Assembly: GCF_041956535.1 (NCBI RefSeq)
Contig: NW_027192192.1
Span: forward strand, 1,149,980 to 1,213,979
Direction: 5' to 3'
From: Calcarisporiella thermophila CBS 279.70
Lineage: Eukaryota; Fungi; Calcarisporiellomycota
Length of the DNA stretch: 64,000 nucleotides
The notes under the pieces are model-generated. The model saw nothing but the letters and a program-made list of their open reading frames with translations, was not told the DNA's origin and did not search any database. Position 1 is the first letter of the stretch. Each line of letters starts with the position of its first letter. This document shows positions 21,759 through 36,000 of this stretch, piece after piece. Both the position numbers and the translations under genes were made by a program.

Positions 21759-22637
21759 TATACGCGAATAAAAGGTCGGATGGAAAAAAAGGATATTGGT
21801 GAGAAAATAAATTGTGATGGTTGAAAATGGATGTAAATAATGTGACCCTTTTTTATCAAAGAAAAGTGGATCAGGATGTTTTTCTAATTGAAAAAAAAAA
21901 AAGAGCCAAGTTGAAACGGGAGGAAAAAAAAAGAAACGCGTTCAGATTATAGCGCGATTTTTCGCGCTTGGAATTTAACAATTTAACCAACCATGTTATT
22001 GCATTATCTAAAAAAGGAACCGTGTTATATGGCATTACTAATGATATTGGCTTTTAGGAGGCTTCTCTTAGGCTCTCTTCGTTTGCCGATTCCGCACATC
22101 CAGCCACCATTATGTTCTTAAGGTGAATAAGTGTCACATCTCTTAAAAACATTCTTTCAAAATCTGTGTGAACAGTTAAGAGAGGCTTATATGAGAGTAA
22201 ACGATAGAGTTCATTCTTTTTCTTTTTCAACTGACGTTATGAAATATATAATCGTTGACGAACCCCGATATTATACATTCATTTCAAGATTTTATGTGCA
22301 CTAATAACCACCTATTTTGAGAAAATTTGACACAACCAGTTAATAGATTTCAATTAAGTATGAGGTAACTTATAAATAGCAGATACATTTGAAAAGCATA
22401 GATCATTTAATAAAATACTCTCCACTTGTCGTAAAATAATAATTAATTAAAGTCTCCGTAGTCAAAAAAAGTGACTTCGAATGAATAATTTGGAATTAGT
22501 TCCAATACGCAACAACAAATATAAGATATCTGATACTCCAATACAATTATAATTAATTAGGATATATATTTATATTATGCGATATCTGCTCGTCAAGTGT
22601 TAGATTCCTTAAAACATCAAATTTGGACTTTTACAGC

Positions 22638-24489
22638 ATGGATGAAAAAGAATCAATAGAAATTGGTATTATAGGCCTCGGTGATATGGGGCGTCTCTAC
22701 GCTCAGCGCATCCACAAGGCAGGATGGAAACGGTTACGATCCAATTATACAAAATTTTATAATGTACAAAGTATTTACTGTTTGTTTTATGTAGTGTGAA
22801 TGTGTGCGATCTTCCAGAAAAATACGAACAAATAAGAGAGGAATTTAAAGGTTAATTTCACCTTTTTACCTGATTATGGTAAATCTATAGATTTACCCTG
22901 TTTCTACCTATTATAGGGAGTGGGATTAATGTCCTCCGCGATGGGCACCTCGTGTCACGGCGAAGCGATTATATTATATATTCAGTTGAAGCAGAATACA
23001 TTGATAAAGTTGTAGCTGAATTTGGTCCATGTGAGTGTCATACCTGAAGGTGCTCATTTACTCACCAAATGTAAAACTTCTTGGTTTAATAGCTACAAAG
23101 GTGGGTGCCATTGTCGGGGGACAGGTAAGGTTACAATGAATCTGTCAATAAGTGATTTGCAATATTATATCCTTGGTGACTCGTATACCGATTTATTTAC
23201 TCTTGCCAAATAGACTTCTGTGAAAGAACCTGAAATTATCGCGTTCGAAAAGTATCTACCGCAAGATGTTCAGATCGTATCATGTCACTCTCTTCATGGA
23301 CCCACAGTAGATCCCAAAGGACAGCCTCTTGTAATATCAAATGAATCCTTATAGCATGCTGGTTTGGCTAATTTGAGTGGAGGAATATTAGGTAATGATT
23401 AAGCATCGGTCTACTCAAGAAAAATTCGACCTCGCCTGCCGAGTCCTCTCATGTCTCGAATCCCAATTTGTTTTTCTTTCGTACAAGGAACATGACCGAA
23501 TAACAGCAGATACCCAGGCAGTTACCCATGCTGCATTTTTGAGCATGGGAACCGCTTGGATGAATCAAAAGCAATTTCCAGTAAGTTTCTATATCCAAAT
23601 AATTGTATAGAGCATACGATAGAGATCGTAATAATCTACTAGTGGGAAAATCCTCAATATATTGGCGGAATTGAGAATGTTAAAGTAAATGTTACTCTAC
23701 GGATATATAGTAACAAATGGCATGTCTATGCAGGTATTTTACTTTTGCCTTTTCATTAATTCATGCCCGGACTTGATACTTAACTCTGAATATGTTGCCG
23801 CAGGACTTGCCATCATGAATCCTAGTGCGCGAATCCAAATTCATCAGTATGCGAAATCGGTGGCAGATCTATTTAAGTTAATGATTCAGGAAAAAGAGGA
23901 CGAATTCGCTTCCCGAATTTTGCAAGCTGGCGAGTTTGTATTTGGTCGATCCAATGCAGCAAGGGAGCCAATTCTCCTGTCGGACAAGATGTTGGATCAA
24001 TATTCACTTTCGGCGGTACCTAAAGAGAGACGTATGCCAAATTCACATTTATCATTGCTAGCGATGGTAGACTGTTGGCATCAGCTTAAGATCAATCCAT
24101 ATGAGCACATGGTTTGCCAAACACCATTATTTCGACTCTGGCTGTGAGTTTATCACTGGTTTGCATTCTTCATTATATATGCTCTAGTTTAACCAAAAAC
24201 TGTTGATTATTACTCATTAAGAGGAATCACTGAATATCTCTTCCGCACACCACTTCTTCTCCAAGACTCGATTCAAGCTGCACTTTATTCCAAAGATATT
24301 CGTGCCGATGACATGGAATTCATGACAGCAGCTCGTGGATGGGCTCAATGCGTAGATCTTGGTAACATGGACGGTTATAAGAAGCGATTCGAGCAATCAA
24401 GAGAATTTTTTGAGGAGCGATTCGCAGAGAGCAAAGAAGTAGGAAATTCGTTAATCAAAATGATACTTCAGGGATGTCAGCGTCAGTAG
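22638..24489 (+). CDS. TYR1: Prephenate dehydrogenase (NADP+), multi-exon
   Basis: IGIIGLGDMGRLYA, VGGQTSVK, SCHSLHGP, HDRITADTQAVTHAAFLSMG, CQTPLFRLWL. Confidence 0.95.
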
Positions 24490-24821
24490 ATTATTTCAAT
24501 TTATTTGAACATGAATCGCCATATATATACTCACTATACAAACCTAAAGGGGGAGGAGAATAAAAGAAAATAGAAATAGATGTGATAGAAATGAATTCAA
24601 AAAATTGAATATAAGATGAAATTCAAAAAAAAAAAAGATTCCAAGGCAAAGCGAAGGCTAAAAAACAATAAATTATAGGGGATAGAAATAGATAAATATG
24701 AAACGGGTGGATTGGATAGGGTATATGAAAAATACAAAAGTCAAGTGACTGAGAAAACTTTGTATACAGAAGTTCTTTACAAGTTCACAGTTTGTCAAGA
24801 AAAGCGGATGAAAAAAACTGC

Positions 24822-26085
24822 TCATTCCATCCAGACCACCGAAAATTCTCGTCCAGCTACATTAATCGTGCGAGGAAGTTTGGTTTCCTGCCAAGGTCGG
24901 AAGGGGCGGCACCCATCATCCTGCGAGAGGCGCTGGAGCAAAATCGTGGCGGTGATAGTATCGATGAGATCATTCGATAAATTTACACCTGGATTATTGG
25001 TAGGATAAGTAAACGGTCCTGCAGGGATGAGAGTAACCGGAGACTTGTAGAATGATGAGCCGCTCTTAATGCTGGAGTTATCTTGGGCCTCTTGTAATCC
25101 GTTTGAAATTGTTGATATAGAAGAAGAGGGTGAGAATGAGTTGCCCAATGTCATTGGTGAGAGAAGGGGAGATTGTGTGGGTGATAGAGATTGAGAGAGC
25201 TTGCGTTGAGAGAATGAGCTTCGAGAACGCGAAAGTGATTTAAGTGAGGGTGAAGAGTTTTCTTCGTAGTTAAGTAATTGCTCCATGCCACGAGGAGAAT
25301 TGAGTTTGGAGCGCTTAGGCGACCTCGAAGAATCATCTTTGAGATTTTGACTGACGGCGCCCTTTCGAAGACTATCATCTTCTTTACCACGGAGATACGA
25401 CTCGCCGTCGTCTTGTACATTCGAGTGGCTGGAGACGGAAGGCTGTTTTTTTCGTTTAGAGTGTACCAGTGTGGTCGTTTTTTGATCATTGAGAACGAGT
25501 TTGCCGTATTCTGGCTGAGAGGGATGTATACACTCGTCAGGAAAATCAGGGCCAAAAAGGGGGATGAGCTCGTAGCGAAGAGAATAGCAGCATCGACTAG
25601 CAAGAACACGACACGACTCACGAGGAATCCTAAAAAATTGACAGGATGAGTTTATTCGTTTCTTCAGGCGAGCGCCTTTATTTCAACTATGTTACCATGT
25701 TCCTTGGATATTTAATAATCCTCCTCGAATGCGCTTCACTTGAAGTCTGGGATTAGCGTCTACCATTTTGACAATCTCACTTTTTGCTCTGCCAAGTGCT
25801 TTCCAAATACCTGTGAAATGAATTTCGCCTATTTTTCGACGGTGAAAAAAGTGTTACACGCAATCGTTAGAGCGTAAGGAGATAGCGATTACCTGTCTCT
25901 CGATCCCACATAATGAGATGTTCCCCAATAGTATATTCAAAAACTGGAATAAAACCTCGAGAATCGAGGGATGTCGAATATTTGCTGGTTTTCACGCGAG
26001 ACACTCTGAGCGATGAAAGAGAATAGTGTTCAGATGTCATAGTGTATGGACCGTATAATTGATCTCGGGCTGAGTCTCGATGCAT
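24822..26085 (-). CDS. APSES/KilA-N DNA-binding transcription factor (Xbp1-like)
   Basis: IMWDRETG...FTGIWKAL...KRIRGGLLNIQGTW-IP...LRYELIPFFGPDFPDEC. Confidence 0.85.
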
Positions 26086-28483
26086 TTTGTTAAACTACTG
26101 GTGGCAAAAGTGTGACACCGGGAAAATAGAGAAAAAAATAATGGGCAAAGAGTATGAACTTGTTTAATTGTGAATAACAAAGGCAAATAAAAAAATGTTA
26201 GGTGAAAGGTTAAGGCAATAAAGGGGAGCAAGAGTAATGAGAATAAAATGTGGGTAAGGCAATTGGAATATAAAAATAGAAGTTATCAAAAATGAGGCAA
26301 ACACAAGAAGCCACCACGTAATAAAGCCAAGCTATGGTCCTAAGTGTGAAGTGAAGCGAAAAACCACTGGTCCCTCTCGCAGCACGAAAGAGAAAAACAA
26401 AAGAAAAGTGACAGAAAACAGCGAGAAAATAAAGATAAGTCGAAGAAATTATTCTAAGAAAGTAAGAAAAAGTTAAAAGGGCTGACCAACAGAGAAGCCA
26501 ATTCCAAGTGCCGAGGATTTAAAGTCTTGGAACCTGACAAAGTCTCGGACCGACCATATTTATAAAGTATTGACCCCCTGTTAAGTCACGGATGCAATCA
26601 GTATGGCTGTGTTACAAAAGATAGTTCGGGTCTCTTCGATTGTAGAAATGCGCCAAATAAATATTTCCTTCTTCTCTCTACATCAACGATAGCAGGTCTC
26701 TGCGAACCTGCATGCATCGGTTTTGTAAAAGGAGCATGATATTTATTTTTCGAGACACAATAATACGATTCTATCGGGCTATTTAAAAGAAATGGGCAGA
26801 CCAATGGTGTCATCAAAGCCTTCTGATCATAATTCAAAAGTAATAAAACAAGCTTCGATTGCGCAAATCTTCGATCTTTTACATCGGCAATATATACCAA
26901 TATGAAAAAAAGTAGCGTGTGGTGAAGCTCGCAGTTGGCTCATGCTTTCGATTAGTATGCTGGCAAGCACCTACCCGAGCTCTGTTTCTCTTGTGAAATA
27001 GAGTGGATATTAGCAATATGCACATCATGAAAACGCGTGATGTGGCTTTTGCAGTTACATTAACATAGACCATAAGAAGCATAGTATTGTCTAAATACCC
27101 ATATCGCTCTAGTTTCGAAGATGAAGACTCTCCTAGCTAAAACACGAACGACAAGATTCGGGAAGGATCTACCCAAAACAATTTAGTAACCTGGCTTCAA
27201 TCTCTCGTTTATTAACTGACCCATATTAAACTGCATTATGTGAAATGTGGTTTTCTATGGCATTAATATTCAACTCCAGTAGCTTTCCCAATGCAGAATT
27301 TGGCATATTATCCCACTGATTTAGAGGCAAAGGCTGCAAATCCACAAAAGGATCGGTGTAATTTGAATTGGCATTGCCTGCGATGGCGCTTTTAAGTGAT
27401 AGCATGGAAACAAAAAATGCATTAGGTGAAGCTGCATCAATAAAAATGAATGCAAGTTGTGAAGTTGGAGTATCCTTAGGTGTATTGTGTGCAGTCATCG
27501 GCATCACCTGTGACCTACAAATTGATCTCTAAGTGGCCAATTGTCTCTGTGGACATTTTGAACGCAGAAGGCTCGCTGCAGAGAATTCAATATAAGTTAT
27601 ACTTAGTTTCTGTACTAACGTAATTTCCGAATGGAAAATTAAAAAAAGCACGTATTGTAGCAATAAAAAAGAATAGATAATATCTTCGAGACCAAACTTT
27701 GAATATTGTATCTATTTTCAAAGTAGGTCATTCTTAACCTTTGCGAATGATATTTTAGAACAAATTTAGATGAAATAACAAGCCCAATTTGGTCGTATTA
27801 GAACTAAAATTTGATACAGTGTGAGATCCCATTGGTTTAATTTTTATTACCAGCGCTCGTAATGGATTCTCGGCTGCTACATATTTAAATAGATTAACCG
27901 AGAAACACAGAATTGAGATAATTGCTCTTCTCTTACTAATTGACCGAGACTCCCAGGATTACTAATTGCTATGTTTGCCAAGCCCTTTCTTTCATTTTGG
28001 AATGCCATTTATATCACCGTGGCGGAGCGACGGTGGCAAACTTGAGTTTAAATCATTTTCATGACGCTAACTTTCGGTGATCCTTTGAATAAGCGTTGTC
28101 CAAGCGTATGTATCTTCTTTTATGGTTATCAAAGCTTGGGCTTAATTTTTCAGGCTGTCGATTTTCTAGCCATCTGTGTTTTGCAAGCAAATTTCTAATT
28201 AATCGATTTTAAACTAGATATTCAATGCGGAGATTTATCTTATAAAATACGTTTGAAAACTAGTCAATATCGAAACGATCTAAAGGAAAAAAATATCGAA
28301 AAACTTTCCGAAGAGTAGATAAATACTCTCAACAAATATTGCAGAATAACAAAACAAAGATTAGTTGAAAATACAATCCTTTTTTGTTGTAGTGTCTGAG
28401 AATTACATTCACTTTACACTCATAGCTTAGATTGTATACCCCCATTCCTTTCTGATCATCTTTGATTGAAATTTATTGGGAAG

Positions 28484-29230
28484 ATGCCTTTAACCATTAA
28501 AGCATTATGTTTTGCGATCCTATGTTTGATGTTCAGCTTGGTATCGCAGGCTTCACCAGTCCCAGATACATTACCTTCCTTTGGCTTTTCAGCATCACCC
28601 TTTCCTCCTTTCCGGGCATCAGCTCCTCAAATTATCAACGGACAACTACAGCCGGACAGCAAGAGCCAACCTAATGCCAATTTTAACTTTGCAACTCCCC
28701 TTATACCTCAAGGTCCCATTATGAATGCTCAGGCGGGTCCCTATGGGATGGCGATTCAACGCACTGTAGTGGATCCTATCAAGGAAAACGCACCCTCAGC
28801 CGGGGCAAATGGGTACAGTCCTCTCAGAGAAGTGGTTTGGCCCCAAACGATACAGCCAAACTCGCAGCAACCACCACAGCAGAGTGGAAATGGTTTCTTC
28901 CCATCAATATTTGGTGCATCTGGGGCTTCTTCCAAGCTCATTAATCAGCAGAGTCTAGGGCAACCTGTTTCTGGGCAGCAGTCGCAGACTCAGCAACAAC
29001 AACAGCAGCAACCTCCTCTACAAAAACAATTACTAGCTCTCGATCGAATGCCAGTACAGATAAGTTCTCAACAGGGCTCTACACAAGACAGCACTGCTAA
29101 CCCGCTGGGTGTTTCCGCAGCCTCACTTGCCTCACCCGACGCCTCACCTGCCGTTATGTCAGGTGCCTCATCAATAGCACAGGTGGCTAGTATAAGTGGG
29201 TCTTTGGTTGTAATGGGCTTGTTGCTATAG
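28484..29230 (+). CDS. Secreted or GPI-anchored Q/S/P-rich protein
   Basis: N-terminal signal peptide (MPLTIKALCFAILCLMFSLVSQA-SP), low-complexity body, SGA omega-like site and a hydrophobic C-terminus. Confidence 0.7.
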   Translation: MPLTIKALCFAILCLMFSLVSQASPVPDTLPSFGFSASPFPPFRASAPQIINGQLQPDSKSQPNANFNFATPLIPQGPIMNAQAGPYGMAIQRTVVDPIKENAPSAGANGYSPLREVVWPQTIQPNSQQPPQQSGNGFFPSIFGASGASSKLINQQSLGQPVSGQQSQTQQQQQQQPPLQKQLLALDRMPVQISSQQGSTQDSTANPLGVSAASLASPDASPAVMSGASSIAQVASISGSLVVMGLLL

Positions 29231-29527
29231 ATGTTTGTCTAGATTATCGCCCGGCAGGGACTATTTAGATTGTCATTTCCGTGGGATGTCATCCCTTCGG
29301 AAAATTAATATTTCTAAAACAATTACCCGGAATTGAGCCAATTCAGAGCTTTGCATTCATTTTGCTGGCAAATTTGAATAAAACTAAATTCCGTTCATTC
29401 CCTCTCATTCCGAAACAGCCAGCGGCTACCAGCAATATAAAATTCCTCGCTCCCCCTTTCTTTAGTAATTCGTTTCCTCTCCCCCTTTGTTCGTGAAAAT
29501 TAGAGAAGCCTATCATAACAGCCGAGT

Positions 29528-30796
29528 ATGCGCAGCAAATCTCCAGTTGATCTCTTCCAAATACGTGTAAACAAACCCGAAATACTATTGCGCGGATCCC
29601 CGATGGAAGCCGCGGGCTCTCTCCTGCATGGATCGCTTGTACTTACTCTGAATAGGCCCATGAAGGTCCGGGCAGTTAGACTAAATTTTCTAGGAACCAT
29701 GAATATCCTCTGGAAAGAGAGTAAGCATTTATTTTTTTATATGATCAAACCATGTTTATTAATTTGAAGATTTTTAGAAGGGGCGACCAAGTTGTATAAA
29801 GATAAGAGTACTCTTATTAATCACAAGTGGATCTTCGCCACCAAGACCCAACTTGAAGCGGGCAAATACACGTGGAATTTTAAAATTACACTCCCTGGTT
29901 CAACGCCCGAGACAATTTCTATCGACGGTGCTAGCATTAGTTATAATCTAGAGGCGACCATTGACCGTGTATATTTTTCAGCACCTATTCGAACCATACT
30001 TCCCATCCGCATTACTCGCGTTCCATCTCCTACCTCGCTTGAGTTGCTGCAAACTGTGGTGTTTGAGAATGTGTGGGAAAATAAGATGGCCTACGAGTTG
30101 AGCATGCCATCAAAGGTGGTTGAAGAGGAAGGCACCATATCAGCAAATATTAAACTGGAAATGCTAGCAAGAGGATTCAATGTTGAGACCATTGCTTGTA
30201 CTCTAGTGGAACTGAGGACGTTGCGAACGGAAAATCGAACATCAACTACGGATCATATTGTTCAGCACGTAGAGCGAAATGTGAGGTGGCAGATTCCAGA
30301 AGAAATGCCCTCAAATATATTGGAAACTGAGATGAGGATTCCTTTGCCAAAAAGCACACAACTTGTTCATTTTGATGCGGATGTGAAGACCATCTGTGTA
30401 CGCCACAAACTAATATTCACCCTCTTGTTGACAAATGCGCATCGTCGCTATTTCCAACTATGTGTTGGAATGCCTGTTGTGATCGCTGCCCGACAAATAG
30501 ACCGTGATCTGAACGAGCTACCATCATATGAGGAGAGTTTCTATACACTGCCTATAGAATTCCCGAAATATGAAGCTCTGATTATCTCTTCAAACGAGGA
30601 TTTGTACAAAGGAGATGATCAATCTTGTGTAGAGACTTCTGAACCTAGTCTTACCAACAATATCTCGGAGTCATCACCCGAAATTTCATCCTCCCCGTTG
30701 AACAAACCAACCCACCTGCCTGCTCCAATACGACTTCCTTCTTATCACACTGCAATTAGCGAAACTTCGATATTATCTCCTGTTGTTGCTGCTTAA
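29528..30796 (+). CDS. Alpha-arrestin (Rod1/CreD-like), one intron
   Basis: LLHGSLVLTL, AGKYTWNFKITLPGSTPETI, ENVWENKMAYE, VRHKL; PY-like LPSY motifs. Confidence 0.85.
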
Positions 30797-31580
30797 TGGC
30801 TTAAGGGTTTATGCTCAAACTAATTGTTAATTAGTTTCTTTGTATGGTTAATTTTGCTCTCCTGAAGCTTTGCATTTATCGTTCGTATACCATTGCGTCA
30901 ATATTTGTTCTGAAGCACAATAGCGGGCTTAAATGTATAATATATCACTTGTATATAGTAATAAATTTTCATTTGCTTCTGCGATAACACCTGGCGGAAT
31001 TAGCTTAAAACACATGTATTATGTGATGTAATTTTTATATATTTCTGGCCGATATCCTTTGAAAATCACTAAACCATTCAGGATGACTTCATGACAAAAT
31101 TACCGTTCTACCGTGACTGTTCAATATAGAAAGAAAAATACATAGGTTAGAAGTGTCCAATTTGTCCAAGTATCATTCATAACATCATCCTTATAGGTGT
31201 ATTAAAGAAAGAGAGCCTTTTAGATGTGCTTAATAAAAGTCAGTACAAATTCGTTTGTAAAGATAGAAATCAGAAAAAAAAAAGAATTATAAGTATTTAA
31301 ATTGTTTTCTAACTGTATTTTTTTTATTTAAATATAAGTTCTAAAAGTTAGTTTTTTTCACTAACATATATGGAGTTGTAAATTTCATTTGTCACTTTTC
31401 TCGTACACTTATTACTTGTCACTTGGTCAGAACTGGTTGCCGATGGCTATCCGAAAGTACACCAAGTCATGAAATAACAATTTATTATTCCTCGCGTAGG
31501 CGTAGAGGAGCGGGAAAAAAAAAGTTGACAAAAGAAAGGTGAAAAGTGAAGAAAAATACAAGCATTTTCCTTTGTTTTGT

Positions 31581-32473
31581 TTATTGATCTTTGTTGGTTG
31601 TCTTCTTGGTACCGCGGAGCAAACCAGTACGACGAGCAGCAACCAAACCAACCTTTTGACCAGGAGGTGCGGCGCGAGAGACAGTGGAAGCGTGACCAAT
31701 GTGCTGATGGTTACCACCACCGTGAGGATGGTCTACAGGGTTCATAGCCACACCACGAGTCTTGGGCCATGCGTTACGCTTCACGCGGTACTTGTGGTAT
31801 GCGCGACCAGCCTTCAACAAGGGCTTGTCGATACGACCACCACCAGCGACAATACCGATCATAGCACGGGCGTTTCCGCTGACAACCTTCTTGGCGCCAG
31901 AAGGAAGCTTCACACGGGTCTTGTTCGTCTCAGGGTTGTGACCAATAATGGTGGCATAGTTGCCAGAGCAGCGAGCAAGTGCGCCACGGTCACCAGTCTT
32001 CTCCTCGACATTGCAGACGATTGTACCCTCAGGCATGGCGGACACGGGCAGAACATTGCCGACAGTAAGAGCAGCCTTCTTGCCGCAGTAAACGAACTGA
32101 CCGGTGTGGAGACCCTCAGTGGCAACGAAGGTTTGGGTGCGGAGCTTGTACCTATAAATATATTATATGTGAACATACGAATCAAAAGTACACCATGATC
32201 TATTAATCATTTCATCCACATTGCATGGAAATGGTACGGGAAAGCTATTAAAATTCACTAAATGACTCACCTGTAAGGATCACGGAACACAACCTTAGCG
32301 AGAGGAGCACCACGTCCAGGATCGTGGACAATTTCCTTCACGATCCCGCGGATGTAACCATTGCGCTCGGCAAAATCGAGGGCACGGAACTTAGCAGCAC
32401 CCTTGCGACCTACAGTGTGCGACTTGAAGATGCCACCAGCACCTTTTCTCTGGGCTCGGATAACACGTCCCAT
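31581..32473 (-). CDS. RPL2: 60S ribosomal protein uL2 (L2/L8)
   Basis: [11 protein letters not shown]..., [21 protein letters not shown]. Confidence 0.98.
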
Positions 32474-33050
32474 TTTTCAATTAAATCTATCATTCAAAAT
32501 ATAATTGTCATTAGTTGTCAATTTTTACATTCAACCGAAAGCACAGCCATCCATCCATCTATCCATCCATCACCACAGAGCATCTCCATTCGTATTTCAT
32601 CCAATATCTGTGGTATATGCATAGTACAATAAAACCTACCAAGTGCACTGGCGAGGAATAAAAGAAAGAAGAGGGGGAACAGAATTGGCCCCTAATCCAA
32701 TTTACTTTTACCTCTGAGCCCAGATTGCAGATTGTTGAGGGCAGTTAATTCTTAATGAAATATTCACTTTAATCCTAGCTGGATTCACTTTCACTCAAGA
32801 TGTTACAAATAAAATTCAAATGGAACAAAAGAAATAGACCAGGGTAGAATGGCAACGCCAAATTCAATAATATTTAACCATCTAGACATGATGGTGAACG
32901 AATTCCCAACTATGATGGCTATTAATATAAAGATAATAATATTAGGAAAACATGGATAATCAGCGAATTATATTAAGAGAATAGGAAGAGCCGAAGCATA
33001 TCAAGCCCGGCTATCGAAGAATTACGAAATGATCATAAAGAATTATAATC

Positions 33051-36000
33051 TCACCTTAAAGCTACTTTCAGAGTGATAACTTCGAATGGTTTGAGATTGA
33101 GTTTAAGGCCCTCTTCAGGATGATACTGTAGGGTCAACTCAGTGTCCTCGAGTATATTGCATTGGTGAACACTTTCGATTGGGAGGGTACTAATTGTTTT
33201 GTTTTTAGATTATTTTAATAAACGGACCGAGAAATGGACTATATAGAATAGAGAAAATACCTTTTGACCGACACCCTCGCTTTTCCCCCATATGCTTCAT
33301 ACAAGCGTAGAATGATCTCGTCCGAATCCTCTGCAAGTTTAACCGTCTCAATAAGGACATTCCGGGCGCCATGAAGGCTGAAGTAGGATGTAGGTTTCAA
33401 GTCGTCGCTGAACTTCCTCGAGCATATTCTAATAAGAATGAAGAATCAGACTTTATCCTTCACGTAAACGGCACTAGCTGATTCTATACCTAGTAATAAG
33501 TGGAATATTGAAACGATAGGCCTGCTCCACCACGTCTGATTGCATGAAATGGCCCTCATGCGGATAAAGTGCATATTTTATGTAATGCTTTCCTAGGTCC
33601 GAATGTGCATCGGGAGCCTTGGGTGATCGCAAAAGTGAAAGCCTTATTACGTTGCCATGAGTAGCATAGCCATACTTGCAATCGTTTAAAAGTGCTACTC
33701 CGTAGCCGTACTCGGAGAGATCTGCATATTTATGTGCACAAACCTCGAATTTTGCTGCGTCCCAGGAAGTGTTATAGTGAGTGGGGCGCTCGATATGGCC
33801 GAATTGTGTTTCATATGTGGCCTGTTCAAAGAGAAATCGTCATCAACACGAATATGAAATGGCGTGATGTGAAAGGGAAAAAAAACGTAACACGTACGTA
33901 ATCAGCAGTAATATCTAACGGGAATTCCACTTTCTATCATATATATTAACATATTAATAACTAGAGCTGCATGACTTCAAAAATAATCATCGTTTTACGC
34001 ACCAAAAATTGTCTATTTTCATTCCATTCAATTTCGGTCTCGAAGTCGAGGCGTCGAGATATGGCAGTCAAAACTATCGTCTGTTTCAATGTACTACGCT
34101 CTGAAAGTTGGACTGAAAGCTCCAAGGAGGAGCGCAGGGGCCCTCTTTCTTGGATCTGTATGTGTTCACAATGAGCCACGAGATCAACCAAGATGAGATC
34201 TAGCATTTATATTACCTTGATAGACCCGTTTGTAATTGTACGGAATTTCTCCAGGTGATATATTTCAACTAAACGTCATAAGATATTAGTAGAGAAAAAA
34301 TTCACAATAAAACCACAAGATATTTCACCGTCCCATGCTATTGTAAAAATAAATAAATACCCGAGGTTAATAATTGATAATATTGTCATTTGTATAGCTG
34401 AATAAGTCAAAACTTACCGTCCCAAAATAATGGCTAATAAAATGAAAGAGGCAATATAAATGGGGCATCAACACAGTACCAACCAATAGAATTGCATCCA
34501 AAAAAGCAATAACTTACAATATCCTCATATATCTTAAATACATTTCCATGCTTGCCTTCAGGAACTAGCTCACGACTATACAATAAGGGTAAAGATATCG
34601 GTCAGCAATAAGGCTAATTAGTAGACAACCATCATTATGTTACTTCAGTTTAATATCTTTGAGACTAATCAGGCGGCCATTTGGGTCAAATTCAGCAGCA
34701 ATATACTGGTTACGCAGAACAAATTTTCCATTAGAATTCTCAACTAAAAGGATAAAGGGATTAGTGATGTTTGACGGTAATATATATATTCCTTCTCTTA
34801 CCATGAACACTCTGAATTTCGGCCTGTCTATGCAAGGCCACAGCACACGATCCCATCGAAATGGCATCATGTACAACTGCATATCCACATGATCCATCGT
34901 TCGCGTACTGCTGTAGTCCCTCGACCGCAGGAACACGTATAACTTCAGTGCGAGTAAAAGGCAGAGTATTCAACACCAAAATTCCTAGAGAAAAACAAAT
35001 GCTTCATAACAGAGCCGTAATGACATCGATGAAAAAGTTTTACCTTTGTGCTCCGTTCCAGTAGTATCCTCTTCTTTCAGTCCCCATAGATTATTCACGG
35101 CTTCATCAAGTAGCTTAGAGGCTCGCGCTTGCACTTCTTTATAATGCTGTGAAGTATAAAAGTTCATATGTAAACTGATCAAGCATGCTGAATTTTTCGG
35201 GACACAAAATAACAATGTAGCTTACACGTCGAGCGTCGATGTATACCAGTTCAATCGAAGAACCAGGCAATACATCATGGAATTGGTTCAGCAGCATGGC
35301 TTTCCAGAATTCATCCAGCTCCTCGCGAGGATATCTAGAGAAAGCGTGAGATTGTGGCCAATCGGTTTTCAATGGGGTGGATAATATGATATGCTAACCT
35401 GTAATTACCCGATATACCACTGTAATAGATTGCGGCAGCAAACTCCAAATCACGTAGCAACAACTCGTTTTTACGGTTATACCACTTGACATGGCCATGT
35501 GAAGTGTATGTGCCGCGATGAAGTTCGAAATACTAATGTGGAATTTGGTCGTTAGATAGAAGGAACTGCTTCTGAAGCGGGGAGTTATAACATACCAGCT
35601 CGCCCTTCCACCCAACTAAATCTTTAGACTCTTTTTCCAGACGTTCATAAAATTCGTTAGGGGATGCAATTTCCACTTTTGGTAGGGGGTCCTAAAGACA
35701 AAATATTAAGATGGCATGTAATTATATTGATAAGTAGACTAATAGTTAATATCCGGTGTTTACCAAACTTCTCAGTCGCCGTAAACGCTCAATCATAGCT
35801 GGTAAAGGACCACCTCCACCATCCCCATTACCAAAAAGAAGTAAGCTGTTACGGCTGTATTCTTTGTCGTGGTTGTTATTAACACTGTAAATTATTTATA
35901 TAATACATTAATAGTCAAAGATGAAAGATGATGGGTGACGAGTAAGAAGAACCTTTTTTGTAACTCGCTAACATTACACTGAGCAACGTAAGTTTCGCTA

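Noticed and set aside
27226-27507. 93-aa minus-strand ORF
   Set aside because: No recognisable motif or supported exon structure.
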